A stretch of DNA of 64,000 nt from positions 184,035-248,034 of the forward strand of contig CAZSUV010000001.1 in NCBI GenBank assembly GCA_964610125.1, in the 5' to 3' direction. The DNA comes from an uncultured Candidatus Saccharibacteria bacterium. GTDB taxonomy: Bacteria; Patescibacteriota; Dojkabacteria; SC72. How positions within the stretch are numbered: position 1 is the first letter of the stretch; each line of letters starts with the position of its first letter. A model generated the notes under the pieces. That model searched no databases. It had not been told where the DNA came from and saw only the letters and a list, made by a program, of their open reading frames with translations. The translations under genes were made by a program, and so were the position numbers. Positions 20,129 through 29,853 of this stretch are shown here, one piece after another.

Positions 20129-23047
20129 ATGCTAAAAATACTATCAGGTCTCTTTGACTCAAACGAAAAACAGCTTAAAAAGATCCAACCAACAATCGAC
20201 AAGATTAATGGAATGGAAGAAGCAATGGGCAAATTAACCAATGAACAGTTAAGAGCAAAAACTGACGAATTTAGAAAAACATTAGGAGTAGATTTCACCA
20301 CAGCAAGAAAAGAATTTGAGACTCTAAGCACAGATGCGCTAAAGACAAGACTAGATGATGAAAAGAAGAAACTTTACGAAATACTCCCAGAAGCATTTGC
20401 AGTAGCAAGAGAAGCATCCAAGCGAGTAGCAAATCACAGGCATTTTGATGTACAGATGATGGCTGGATATGTACTCTTTGACAACAAAATAGCTGAGCTA
20501 TTCACAGGAGAAGGAAAAACATTAGCAGCAAACCTACCATTGTATCTATGTGGATTAACCGGTCGAGGTGCGCATTTAGTAACAGTAAATGACTATCTCG
20601 CCCGAAGAGATGCAGAATGGAATGGCCATATCCTTAACTCATTAGGTATAACCGTTGGAGCTGTAAACTCTGGCAAACAATACAGATTCATAACAGATGA
20701 AGAAGTACTGAAATTAAAAGGAAGTGATGGAAAGGAATTACTCAAGGAAAGAGACGAAAAAGCTAAAGCCAATGGGAGATTGAAATATGACCATATGAGT
20801 GGAGTGAATATGGTTGAATGTTCAAAACAAGAAGTCTACGCCTGTGACGTGGTATATGGTACTAACAATGAATTTGGTTTTGATTACCTTCGAGACAATA
20901 TGGCAAGAACCTTGGAAGAAAGAGTACAAGGTCCTAAATATTTTGTAATCGTTGACGAAGCTGACTCCATCCTCATTGATGAAGCTAGAACACCATTGAT
21001 CATATCTACCAATGCTCAAACTGCAAATGATATGTACAAAAAGTTCGCAAATCTTGCTAACCAACTACAACCAGAAAAACACTATATCGTTGATGAAAAG
21101 TCTCATTCCGTATCACTAACCGATGATGGAATTGATCATGCTGAGAAGCTACTTGGGGTAAAGAACGTGTATGAAAATGCACAGTTAGCATATCACTTAG
21201 ATAATGCATTAAAGGCAAAGGAGCTTTACAAACTAGATGATGAATATATGATTCGTAATGGAGAAATCCTCATCGTTGATGAATTTACGGGAAGAGCAAT
21301 GGAAGGAAGAAGATACAGTGAAGGATTACACCAAGCGATAGAAGCAAAGGAAGGGGTAGAAGTTAAGCGAGAATCTAAAACAATGGCTACAATTACATTG
21401 CAGAACTTCTTTAGGCTTTACAAATATCTCTCAGGAATGACAGCAACCGCTTTAACTGAGGCTGAAGAGTTCTCCTCAATCTACAAGCTCGATACCATAG
21501 TGGTACCTACCAACAGACAAGTAGTGAGAAAAGATCACGTAGACCTAGTCTACAGAAGCGAGGAAGGCAAGTTTAGAGCCATAGTGGAAGATATTAAGGA
21601 ACACCATGCAAAAGGACAGCCAGTATTGGTTGGTACAACATCTGTTGAAAAATCAGAGAGGATAGCAGATATGCTTGCTAAAGATGGTATCAAACACAAT
21701 GTATTAAATGCAAAACAACACGAAAGAGAAGCACATGTAATCTCTGAAGCAGGTCAAAAAGGATCTGTAACCATTGCAACAAATATGGCAGGTAGAGGTA
21801 CAGATATCGCATTAGGAGAAGGAGTAACTGATCTAGGTGGATTGTATGTAATTGGTTCTGAAAGACATGAATCAAGAAGAATAGATAACCAGTTAAGAGG
21901 AAGATCTGGAAGACAGGGAGATCCTGGTGAATCAAGATTCTTTGTATCATTTGAAGACGAATTAATGAGACTCTTTGGAGGAGACAGAATGCAAATGCTC
22001 ATGACTCAGGTAGGATTGGATGATGAAACACCAATTGAAGTTGGGATATTAGGTAGAACAATTGAAAATGCACAAAAGAAAGTAGAAGCCTACAACTATG
22101 ATATTCGTAAAAATTTGGTTGAATATGATGATGTATTAAATCAACAGAGAGAAATCATATATACCATTAGAAGAAAACTTTTACAGGCAGATACTACAGA
22201 GAAATTTGAAATATCAGCAAAGACATTGAAGCATGATCTTGAAGTAGTAAAAGCATTAGATATTGATACATTGCAAGACAGTTTTGATGGATTCTCATTT
22301 GCTAGGGAAGAAAGTTGGAGAACACCAGAACTAGATTCTCTACAATATATATTCTCACCATTGGAGAAATGGATATTAAAGAAGGAATTAGAATATGTAG
22401 AATATCTCTTTGCATCTGAGTTACAAGATGATGATGAGATAGATAACGTGGAAGAGAGAAAGTTGTATGTACAGATTAAAAATCTTCTAACAGATGAAAT
22501 ATTTGATGTAGTAGTTAAACAACTAGGATTCAAAGATCAGGTTGAAATGTTTAGACATTTGGAATCATTGAACAAGGTAGAAAAGTTAACAGTTATCAAG
22601 AGGATGGTAGCAATAGCTATGATATTACATGTATATTCCATCGGAGCAGAGCCAATGAAAGCTCTTGCTAGAATGTTAATCCTTGAGGCATATGACAAAT
22701 TCTGGATGGAGCACTTAGACACAATGGCTGATTTAAGAGAAGGTATTTCACTTCGAAATCTTGCTCAAAGAGATCCATTAGTAGAATACAAAAATGAGGG
22801 CTTCCAAATGTTTGATGATATGCTCAAAAAGATTGATGAATCGGTATCTACAAGATTCTTTAGAGTAAGGTTGGTGCAAAAGCAAGAACAAATTCCAGTT
22901 AAAACTAATGACCAAGAAGACAAAAGACCTGGCAAAACAGTTGGGCAGAAAACTATAACAAAGAACAAAAAAGTTGGTCGTAATGACCCTTGTCCTTGTG
23001 GTAGTGGCAAAAAATACAAGAAATGTTGCTTCCCAAAGTATGAGTAG
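20129..23047 (+). CDS. secA: Preprotein translocase ATPase SecA
   Basis: Full-length SecA: MLKILSGLFDSNEKQLKK start, Walker A FTGEGKTL, DEAD-like VDEADSILIDEARTPLIIS, C-terminal Zn finger CPCGSGKKYKKCC. Confidence 0.95.
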   Translation: MLKILSGLFDSNEKQLKKIQPTIDKINGMEEAMGKLTNEQLRAKTDEFRKTLGVDFTTARKEFETLSTDALKTRLDDEKKKLYEILPEAFAVAREASKRVANHRHFDVQMMAGYVLFDNKIAELFTGEGKTLAANLPLYLCGLTGRGAHLVTVNDYLARRDAEWNGHILNSLGITVGAVNSGKQYRFITDEEVLKLKGSDGKELLKERDEKAKANGRLKYDHMSGVNMVECSKQEVYACDVVYGTNNEFGFDYLRDNMARTLEERVQGPKYFVIVDEADSILIDEARTPLIISTNAQTANDMYKKFANLANQLQPEKHYIVDEKSHSVSLTDDGIDHAEKLLGVKNVYENAQLAYHLDNALKAKELYKLDDEYMIRNGEILIVDEFTGRAMEGRRYSEGLHQAIEAKEGVEVKRESKTMATITLQNFFRLYKYLSGMTATALTEAEEFSSIYKLDTIVVPTNRQVVRKDHVDLVYRSEEGKFRAIVEDIKEHHAKGQPVLVGTTSVEKSERIADMLAKDGIKHNVLNAKQHEREAHVISEAGQKGSVTIATNMAGRGTDIALGEGVTDLGGLYVIGSERHESRRIDNQLRGRSGRQGDPGESRFFVSFEDELMRLFGGDRMQMLMTQVGLDDETPIEVGILGRTIENAQKKVEAYNYDIRKNLVEYDDVLNQQREIIYTIRRKLLQADTTEKFEISAKTLKHDLEVVKALDIDTLQDSFDGFSFAREESWRTPELDSLQYIFSPLEKWILKKELEYVEYLFASELQDDDEIDNVEERKLYVQIKNLLTDEIFDVVVKQLGFKDQVEMFRHLESLNKVEKLTVIKRMVAIAMILHVYSIGAEPMKALARMLILEAYDKFWMEHLDTMADLREGISLRNLAQRDPLVEYKNEGFQMFDDMLKKIDESVSTRFFRVRLVQKQEQIPVKTNDQEDKRPGKTVGQKTITKNKKVGRNDPCPCGSGKKYKKCCFPKYE

Positions 23048-23129
23048 TTTATGCCCTCTATGGGTTTATTGACACTTTCCTCACAAAACATATACTATTG
23101 GAATATAACAAGTTGTATCCATAACTCTA

Positions 23130-23654
23130 ATGCCAGACAAAAAGAAAATTACAAAAGACCAGTTAGTAACTACACATAAGAGTGTACATGTAGTGTTCTT
23201 CTCATGTGCTCACTGTGGAGATGAGATAGAAGATATCAAGATGTGCCCAAGTTGTGGTGAACCAATGAAGGTTATAAATGTTGTTGAGAAATTTGGAGAA
23301 GAAGCAGAGAAATTCCTTGAGCAAGTTAAGAAGAATATGCCGGTTAAATCTGGTGATGACGATGAAGAAGAGGAAGAGTATGTAAGCATAGATAAAGAAC
23401 AACCAAACATCATATTGATGGGTGGCGCAGATTCAGTAATAGATGATGGTGGAATTGATCCAACTGCACCTGATGATGGCGATGGATTGGATATCATATT
23501 CCCAAGTGATGATGATGGGGAAGAAGTACATCCAAAAGTAGAAGCGTTGGATGATAGTGAACTTTCGAAAGCCTTGGAACAGTTAGATGAGGAAGATGAT
23601 ACATCTTCTGAAGACTTTGATTCATTTGGTGGTGGAGAGGTTCCTGAGTTATAA
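23130..23654 (+). CDS. Zinc-ribbon protein with a long acidic C-terminal tail
   Basis: CAHCGDEIEDIKMCPSCGEPM (CxxC-x13-CxxC) followed by about 110 aa that are very D/E-rich. Confidence 0.45.
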   Translation: MPDKKKITKDQLVTTHKSVHVVFFSCAHCGDEIEDIKMCPSCGEPMKVINVVEKFGEEAEKFLEQVKKNMPVKSGDDDEEEEEYVSIDKEQPNIILMGGADSVIDDGGIDPTAPDDGDGLDIIFPSDDDGEEVHPKVEALDDSELSKALEQLDEEDDTSSEDFDSFGGGEVPEL

Positions 23655-23660
23655 TCTTTC

Positions 23661-24818
23661 ATGAATTCTCTTGAAAACTTGTTTCCTAAAGTAGCTATTG
23701 TCGCCGACCAGATGAATGGCTTTGGTGGAGCAGATCGAGAACTAATCTCTATACTCAAGCTTTTTCCTAATGCTGAAATATTCACCATTACTTTTAACAA
23801 GAAGATATATCCTCAAATATCCAATACTGTGCACACCAGCTTTTTGCAAAAATGGTTAGATCGATTACCAAAATCTTTAGCACGACATCTTAAAGTATTT
23901 ACCCCATGGGCATATGAGAGTTTTAATTTTGATGGATTTGATTTAGTCATAAGTATATCGGCTGGCCCTGCCAAGGGAATAATTACAGGAATTGATCAAC
24001 CACATATCGCAATGACCATGACGCCGCCTAGAAGTCTTTGGGACAAAGAAAATAACTTCAGAGCATTAAAACTTAGTAAAATGTATTCTGCCATATCCGA
24101 AACTATCAACGTCTTCATGCGTATCTGGGATATCAATATTGCAAAACGTGTTGATTACTGGACTGCCAATTCTAAATACATTCAAAAGAAAATCCAACGC
24201 ACATATGGTGTAGATGCAACAGTAATATATCCTGGCATAGAAGAAAGGTATTTTGAGAAAAGAAAACAATCGCAACTTGATGAAGTTAAGAAGAAATATT
24301 CACTTCCCGAAGACTTTGTTTTAATAGTTTCTCGCTTGTATGATTACAAAAGAATCGATTGGGCAATTAGGGCATGTATAAAAGCAGACAAGAAATTAAT
24401 CATAGTTGGAGAAGGACCAGATAGAAAATATTTAGAAAAAGTTGCTAACAAGAATCCCAATATTACATTCTTAGGCTATGTTAATGACGATGAGGCAATA
24501 TCGCTTTTCAGATTGGCATCACTACTTCTTTTCTGTGGATTAGAAGACTTTGGGATAGTTCCTGTAGAAGCCATGGCAGCTGGCACGCCGGTATTTGCAC
24601 TTAAAGAGGGTGGCCTCTTGGAAACAGTTAAGGAACATATTTCAGGAGAATTTTTCAAAACAGAAGAAGAATTATGTAATTTACTTAAGGATTTTGATAA
24701 AAGAAGATATAATAAGGAAGAAATTGTAAAACAGGCCAGTAATTTTACAGAAGCCAAGTTCCTAAATAACTTAGAAAAGTACATAACTCAAATATATGAA
24801 AAGGAAACTTCGAAATAG
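23661..24818 (+). CDS. Glycosyltransferase family 1 (GT4-type), paralog A
   Basis: FGIVPVEAMAAGTPVFALKEGGLLETV. Confidence 0.8.
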   Translation: MNSLENLFPKVAIVADQMNGFGGADRELISILKLFPNAEIFTITFNKKIYPQISNTVHTSFLQKWLDRLPKSLARHLKVFTPWAYESFNFDGFDLVISISAGPAKGIITGIDQPHIAMTMTPPRSLWDKENNFRALKLSKMYSAISETINVFMRIWDINIAKRVDYWTANSKYIQKKIQRTYGVDATVIYPGIEERYFEKRKQSQLDEVKKKYSLPEDFVLIVSRLYDYKRIDWAIRACIKADKKLIIVGEGPDRKYLEKVANKNPNITFLGYVNDDEAISLFRLASLLLFCGLEDFGIVPVEAMAAGTPVFALKEGGLLETVKEHISGEFFKTEEELCNLLKDFDKRRYNKEEIVKQASNFTEAKFLNNLEKYITQIYEKETSK

Positions 24819-25977
24819 AGGAGCAAATATCAAAGTAGCTGTTGTAACAGATCCATTGTATAAACGTGGAGGAGCAGAAGATCATGTTAGAGGTATATTA
24901 CAAGCATTTCCTAAAGCAGAAATATTTACGGCATATCATGATCCTAAGTTTACAGCCGAATACTATCCTCATGTAAAAGTACATCATTCCTTTATGCAAT
25001 ATCTACCGAAGAAATTTGAACTTAAATATCCATATATGGTATTTCTTCCAGGTGCATATAGATCCTTTAAGTTTGATAATTTTGATGTTGTCATATCAAT
25101 TTCAATTGCTTTTGCTAAATTCGCAAAAACAAAAAATATTCCTCATGTAAATATTTGTATGTCTCCTCCTAAATTCCTGTGGCAAAAGGAAGGAAGAACT
25201 TTGAAGAGTAAGGATAAATTAACAGGCCTTAATAAATTCCTCTTCGGAATATATGGCTCTGTCATAGAACCATCCTTGGAAAAGAAATGGAGGAAATGGG
25301 ATAAAGAAGCAGCTCAAAGATGTACAAAAATAGCGGCGATTTCTAATGTAGTTAAGGAAAGAATAAAGAAATATTACGATGTAGATGCTGATGTCATCTA
25401 TCCTCCAGTAGATACCAAACCACTACAAGCATCTAAGGCTATAAACAGGAAAGAAAATTGGTTCTTGTATTCGGGTAGAGTAGAAACATACAAAGGAGTT
25501 AAGCTTGCAATACAGGCTTGTGTAAAAGCAGGAGTTCCACTTAAGGTAGTTGGTAAAGGAGATGATCTTGATGCCATGGTAGCCCTAGTTCAAAAGTTGA
25601 ATGCCAAAGGATTGGTAAAATTCCTTGGCTATGTATCTGATGAAGAAAAATTTGATCTGATGTCCAGAGCTAAAGCATTACTCTTCCCAGTGAGACATGA
25701 GGATTTTGGAATTACACCAGTAGAAGCTAATGCTTCTGGTACTCCAGTCATAGCTTTTAGAGAAGATGGTGTTTTAGAAACAATATCGGAAGAGAATCCT
25801 AAAACAGGAATATTCTTTGATGAATACAAGGTAGATGCGTTGGCAAAAATACTAAAGAATTTCAAATCAAGTGATTTCCTACCAGACAACTGTAGAAAAC
25901 AAGCAAGTAATTTTGCATCTGAGATTTTTGTATATAAACTGCAAAATTATGTTAAAGATGTCCTACAGAAGAAGTAA
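24796..25977 (+). CDS. Glycosyltransferase family 1 (GT4-type), paralog B
   Basis: FGITPVEANASGTPVIAFREDGVLETI. The N-terminal half is collinear with paralog A. Overlaps paralog A by 23 nt. Confidence 0.8.
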   Translation: MKRKLRNRGANIKVAVVTDPLYKRGGAEDHVRGILQAFPKAEIFTAYHDPKFTAEYYPHVKVHHSFMQYLPKKFELKYPYMVFLPGAYRSFKFDNFDVVISISIAFAKFAKTKNIPHVNICMSPPKFLWQKEGRTLKSKDKLTGLNKFLFGIYGSVIEPSLEKKWRKWDKEAAQRCTKIAAISNVVKERIKKYYDVDADVIYPPVDTKPLQASKAINRKENWFLYSGRVETYKGVKLAIQACVKAGVPLKVVGKGDDLDAMVALVQKLNAKGLVKFLGYVSDEEKFDLMSRAKALLFPVRHEDFGITPVEANASGTPVIAFREDGVLETISEENPKTGIFFDEYKVDALAKILKNFKSSDFLPDNCRKQASNFASEIFVYKLQNYVKDVLQKK

Positions 25978-26605
25978 AAGGATATTTGATATTGTTCTCT
26001 CCCTTTTGTTGTTAATCATCCTTTCACCAATATTGTTACTCATATCCTTCTTCATTTGGATAGCTGATCGTCAGGAGGTATTTGTTAAAGAACCTCTGAG
26101 GCTTGGAATGAAGGGAAAAGAATTCAAAATGTACAAATTTAGAACTATGATTCCTAATGCACACAATGAAATCCAGAATAACCCAAAATATTCTGAAGCA
26201 AAGGAGATATGGATTAAACACGATGGGAAATTAAAAATAGCTGAAGATCCTAGGATTACATTGATAGGTAGGCTACTTAGGAAAACCGATATGGATGAAC
26301 TTCCTCAGCTATTTAATGTATTAAAAGGAGATATGTCCATTGTAGGACCAAGACCAATGTATCTGGGAGAGGTAAATAGGTATTTGGGAAGTCATCCCGA
26401 TGGGAAGAAATATTACAAACGAAGATTAAGAGTAAGACCAGGAATGACAGGTATATGGCAGGTATCTGGAAGGAATGATATTAAGTTTAAGGACAGGATG
26501 ATATTGGAGGCTAAGTATGCGGCTAATGTAAATTTTAAAGAGGATATTAAAATATTTTTTAAGACACCTTGGGTAGTATTAACAAGGAGAGGAGTATATG
26601 AATAA
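25958..26605 (+). CDS. Monotopic polyprenol-phosphate phosphoglycosyl transferase (bacterial sugar transferase, PglC/WbaP C-domain type)
   Basis: RIFD... single N-terminal helix, MSIVGPRPMYLGE, VRPGMTGIWQVSGRND. Start set at MSYRRSKRIFD. Confidence 0.8.
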   Translation: MSYRRSKRIFDIVLSLLLLIILSPILLLISFFIWIADRQEVFVKEPLRLGMKGKEFKMYKFRTMIPNAHNEIQNNPKYSEAKEIWIKHDGKLKIAEDPRITLIGRLLRKTDMDELPQLFNVLKGDMSIVGPRPMYLGEVNRYLGSHPDGKKYYKRRLRVRPGMTGIWQVSGRNDIKFKDRMILEAKYAANVNFKEDIKIFFKTPWVVLTRRGVYE

Positions 26606-27206
26606 AGATACGGTAACGATAATAAAATCAGTAAACTATTCTGAGGCCGACAAGGTCCTAACCGTTTTTGGTAGAGAGTATGGAAAATTTACAGTCTTTG
26701 CCAAAGGAATTAGAAAATTAAACAGTAAGAATAGGGGGAATATGCAAACCTTCTGTACTAGTGAAATAGCCTTCTACGAAGGCAAGGGGTTACCAATATT
26801 AACAGAATCTTCTCCTGTATCTAGTTTGAATTTTGATGAACTTAATGTCGCAAACATCCGAAGAATCTCCTTCATGCTTAATAAATTTCTTCAGGAATAT
26901 GATCCATATCCAAAGCTTTTCGATGCACTTCAGGTGGTACTACAGAAGAATCTAGATCTAGAAGCTACTAACAAATTAAGAATTAAGTTTCTTAAAGAAA
27001 TGGGATTCCTTGATGACTTCACCGTTTGTAAATTTTGTGGAGGTAAAGAAGAATTAAAATATCTCGACACTATGAGTTTTGCCCTTGTATGTAAAAATTG
27101 TTACAGTAAAGGAAATGGAAAACCATTAGGGGATAATCCATATTCATCATTACTACTAACTAGGACGTTAGATAGATATATTAAGAAGGTTGTAGAAGAA
27201 ATTTAA
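26598..27206 (+). CDS. recO: DNA repair protein RecO
   Basis: N-terminal OB-fold region IIKSVNYSEADKVLTVFGREYGKFTVFAKGIRK and C-terminal Cys4 (CKFCGG...CKNC) as in RecO. Confidence 0.7.
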   Translation: MNKDTVTIIKSVNYSEADKVLTVFGREYGKFTVFAKGIRKLNSKNRGNMQTFCTSEIAFYEGKGLPILTESSPVSSLNFDELNVANIRRISFMLNKFLQEYDPYPKLFDALQVVLQKNLDLEATNKLRIKFLKEMGFLDDFTVCKFCGGKEELKYLDTMSFALVCKNCYSKGNGKPLGDNPYSSLLLTRTLDRYIKKVVEEI

Positions 27207-27210
27207 AACT

Positions 27211-29382
27211 ATGAAGATAAAAACTGCCATCATTACCATAGTACTCATATTGGGTTTGGTTTTTCTAACAAAGACCTCTTTGTATGCTCAATCATTTCCT
27301 GGAGTGGGTGGGGATGTTACTGTTAATGCCAATATCAATCAAGATTTGTATTCACAATTAGATGTAACTCCAAGTACTGTTGAAGCAATGGAACCTGCCT
27401 TGGTTAATCTACAAATGCTTACTTCCAATGGAGATCCCAAAGCTGGTCGAACTGTAGTGATATATATTAACGGAAGTTCTACTGGTGTAACCATAACTCA
27501 ACCACCTGTCTCAGATAGTAATGGATTAACATCAGGAAGTGTATTCTCTTCTGTACCTGGTACATACGAAGTTTGTGCAATGGATACAACTGAAGGCATA
27601 AATATATATGTACTAGATTGCGAGACATTGTATGTTGTGCCTGTTACAGCACCTGTGTTACTTTCAGAACCACAATATACCAAAGGAACATCAAATACAC
27701 TAACTTGGACCATGTCTGGTCCTAACTCTTACACATACCTAATACAGGCTTCTACCTCTCCTACATTTACAACTATAGCGGCGGAAAGTAATTGGATTTC
27801 TGCTAAGGCATATGAATTTCAAAATCTTTCTGATGGTCAAATATATTTTTACAGAGTGAAAGCAAAGAACTCTTTGGGCGGTGAGAGTGCTTGGTCAAAT
27901 TCGGTATATTCTGTACAAGATAACTCGGAACCAACCATAACGTTGTTAAGTTTAGATGGACTTGGAACTAACAATACTCAGGTTTGGGAAGCCCAGGATG
28001 TTTTAACATTTACATTGAGGGTAAAGGACAATACTGGAGTGGTTAGTAAGAGTTTCTGGTGTGTAGCTAGAGATGATTCTCCATTAGATTGTTTAGATAC
28101 TGAATCTTCAAATGGAGATATATGGACGATATCTGTTAAGCTTGGTGATTTGGAACATGACACGAACTATTACTTGTATAACAACTATTCGTTTTGTGCA
28201 GAAGCAGTAGATCAGGTAGGGAATATTAAAAGGATATGTGATATTTCGTTGACTGTTCCTAACCCCGGGGTTGATGAGGAACCTGAAAAACCTGTCATTC
28301 CAGTTATTGAACAGATTAAAGATACCATTAACGAGATATTGGATGATTCAAAACAGTTTTTTGAGAATACGATAGGGAAGATAAATCCAGCTACATTGGA
28401 GCAACTTTCCATAACGGTAGCCATAGCCAATATTCTTTTTGGCATGGGTATAGTCATAAATGGGCTTGGTACTGTTCCATATCTTCTTCTTCAATTGTTC
28501 TTGAGTATTTCAAGCTTCCTTGGTTTCAGAAAGAAGGGCCATCCTACGGGTTATGTGTATGACTCAATTACTAAAGAACCAATAGCTCAGTGTATTGTAA
28601 GAATATTTGATCAGAATGGTGCATTGGTATGGACAGATGTTACGGATGGGAATGGCTTCTTCAAATCAATTCCTTTGAAGTCTGGAGAATATAGTATAAA
28701 GGTTGTAGCAATGGACTATGAATTCCCTTCTAAGATTGTTTTTGGTAAGGCTGATTTTCCATTGGAGAATGTATATCATGGTCAGGAGTTCTATGTTGCT
28801 AAAGAGAATATTCCTAATTTTTCCATCCCAATGGATAGGTTAGAGATGAGTGATCTTAGGTTTGTGTTTAGCCAATTTGCATTCGTATCTAAACTAGTAT
28901 GGAAATTTTTCCATATGGTTTTGTTTATTGTTGGTTTGATGTTTAGTTTGTATGCTTTGTCTGTAGATAGCTCGTGGTACAACTTTGTCATATTAATTTT
29001 GTATATTCCTTCCGTATTCCTACTGATTACTTCTTTCTTAGGTAAACGAGAGAAGTATGGAATTGTTAAGGATACTAAGGGTAAGAGGCTTACAGGTATT
29101 GTACTTGGGCTTAAGGATAAGGAGTTTGGTAGATTGATTTCTAAGAGGGTTACGGATGAGCTTGGTAGGTTTAGATTCTTCATCTATCCTGGTATCTATG
29201 ATTTAGAGGTGCTTAGTGGGGAATGGAAGATTGTAGGGGGGAGTAATCTTACTGATATTAAGAACAAGAAGGAGGATGTTTTGATTAGGAATATTACTGT
29301 GGAGAAGGTTGTTCCTGAGCAAGAGAAGAAGCCTAAGAAAGTTAAGACGGAGGATGTATTACAACCGTTAGAAGAGTTGTAA
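27211..29382 (+). CDS. Secreted/anchored surface protein with fibronectin-III-like and carboxypeptidase-regulatory-like beta-sandwich domains and C-terminal TM helices
   Basis: Signal peptide. fn3-like block (TLTWTMSGPNSYTYLIQASTSPTF...YFYRVKAKNSLGGESAWS). CarbopepD_reg-like (GYVYDSITKEPIAQCIVRIFDQNGALVWTDVTDGNGFF). Three hydrophobic helices near the C-terminus. Confidence 0.6.
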   Translation: MKIKTAIITIVLILGLVFLTKTSLYAQSFPGVGGDVTVNANINQDLYSQLDVTPSTVEAMEPALVNLQMLTSNGDPKAGRTVVIYINGSSTGVTITQPPVSDSNGLTSGSVFSSVPGTYEVCAMDTTEGINIYVLDCETLYVVPVTAPVLLSEPQYTKGTSNTLTWTMSGPNSYTYLIQASTSPTFTTIAAESNWISAKAYEFQNLSDGQIYFYRVKAKNSLGGESAWSNSVYSVQDNSEPTITLLSLDGLGTNNTQVWEAQDVLTFTLRVKDNTGVVSKSFWCVARDDSPLDCLDTESSNGDIWTISVKLGDLEHDTNYYLYNNYSFCAEAVDQVGNIKRICDISLTVPNPGVDEEPEKPVIPVIEQIKDTINEILDDSKQFFENTIGKINPATLEQLSITVAIANILFGMGIVINGLGTVPYLLLQLFLSISSFLGFRKKGHPTGYVYDSITKEPIAQCIVRIFDQNGALVWTDVTDGNGFFKSIPLKSGEYSIKVVAMDYEFPSKIVFGKADFPLENVYHGQEFYVAKENIPNFSIPMDRLEMSDLRFVFSQFAFVSKLVWKFFHMVLFIVGLMFSLYALSVDSSWYNFVILILYIPSVFLLITSFLGKREKYGIVKDTKGKRLTGIVLGLKDKEFGRLISKRVTDELGRFRFFIYPGIYDLEVLSGEWKIVGGSNLTDIKNKKEDVLIRNITVEKVVPEQEKKPKKVKTEDVLQPLEEL

Positions 29383-29406
29383 AAATGGTATTAAAAGTGA
29401 TATTAT
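29377..29406 (+). promoter_or_regulatory. Putative sigma70-like promoter for tRNA-Lys (TTGTAA-N18-TATTAT)
   Basis: -35 at 29377-29382 and -10 at 29401-29406, 12 nt upstream of the mature tRNA 5' end. Overlaps the stop codon of the upstream gene. Confidence 0.4.
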
Positions 29407-29418
29407 ACTCATGTTTGT

Positions 29419-29491
29419 GGGCACGTAGCTCAATTGGTAGAGCAAGCGACTCTTAATCGCTTGGTTCGGGGTTCGAGTCCCCGCGTGCTCA
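29419..29491 (+). tRNA. tRNA-Lys (anticodon CTT)
   Basis: 73-nt cloverleaf: acceptor GGGCACG/CGTGCTC, D-arm GCTC-AATTGGTA-GAGC, anticodon stem AGCGA/TCGCT with loop CTCTTAA, T-arm CGGGG-TTCGAGT-CCCCG, discriminator A. CCA is not encoded. Confidence 0.85.
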
Positions 29492-29493
29492 GA

Positions 29494-29853
29494 TTATATA
29501 TTCACAGGTATAATCTTTATTGCCCAAACCCCATATTTCTCTATCCCTTCTTTATACCCACTTAATGAGTTAATTGATTCAATTCCTCCTTCTAAATCTT
29601 TTCCACTGGAGAGTGTTCTTGTTGTTCCTTCTTGTTCTAATAATTCTCTTACAGTTTTGTAATGTGTAATTCTTAATACTTTTACATTTTGTTGTTCTAG
29701 ATTCTCATTATTTATCAATGTTAATATATCGTCCTTCTTCAAGAGGTTGTAATCAAGCTTCTCACAGGGAGTATTTGTTCTAACCTCTATCTCTTTAGTT
29801 TTATTTTTGATAGCTTGCCAGGGTCTATCATTTATATCTATTGTGTAATTCAT
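29494..29853 (-). CDS. ASCH-domain protein
   Basis: 119-aa protein with WQAIKNKTKEIEVR-type ASCH N-terminal motif. Confidence 0.55.
   Translation of the reverse strand: MNYTIDINDRPWQAIKNKTKEIEVRTNTPCEKLDYNLLKKDDILTLINNENLEQQNVKVLRITHYKTVRELLEQEGTTRTLSSGKDLEGGIESINSLSGYKEGIEKYGVWAIKIIPVNI

Noticed and set aside
22141-22533. 130-aa minus-strand ORF
   Set aside because: Antisense within secA.
23210-23800. 196-aa Ser-rich ORF on the minus strand
   Set aside because: Antisense to the poly-acidic (GAN-rich) tail of 23130-23654, which creates an open Ser-rich frame. No independent support.
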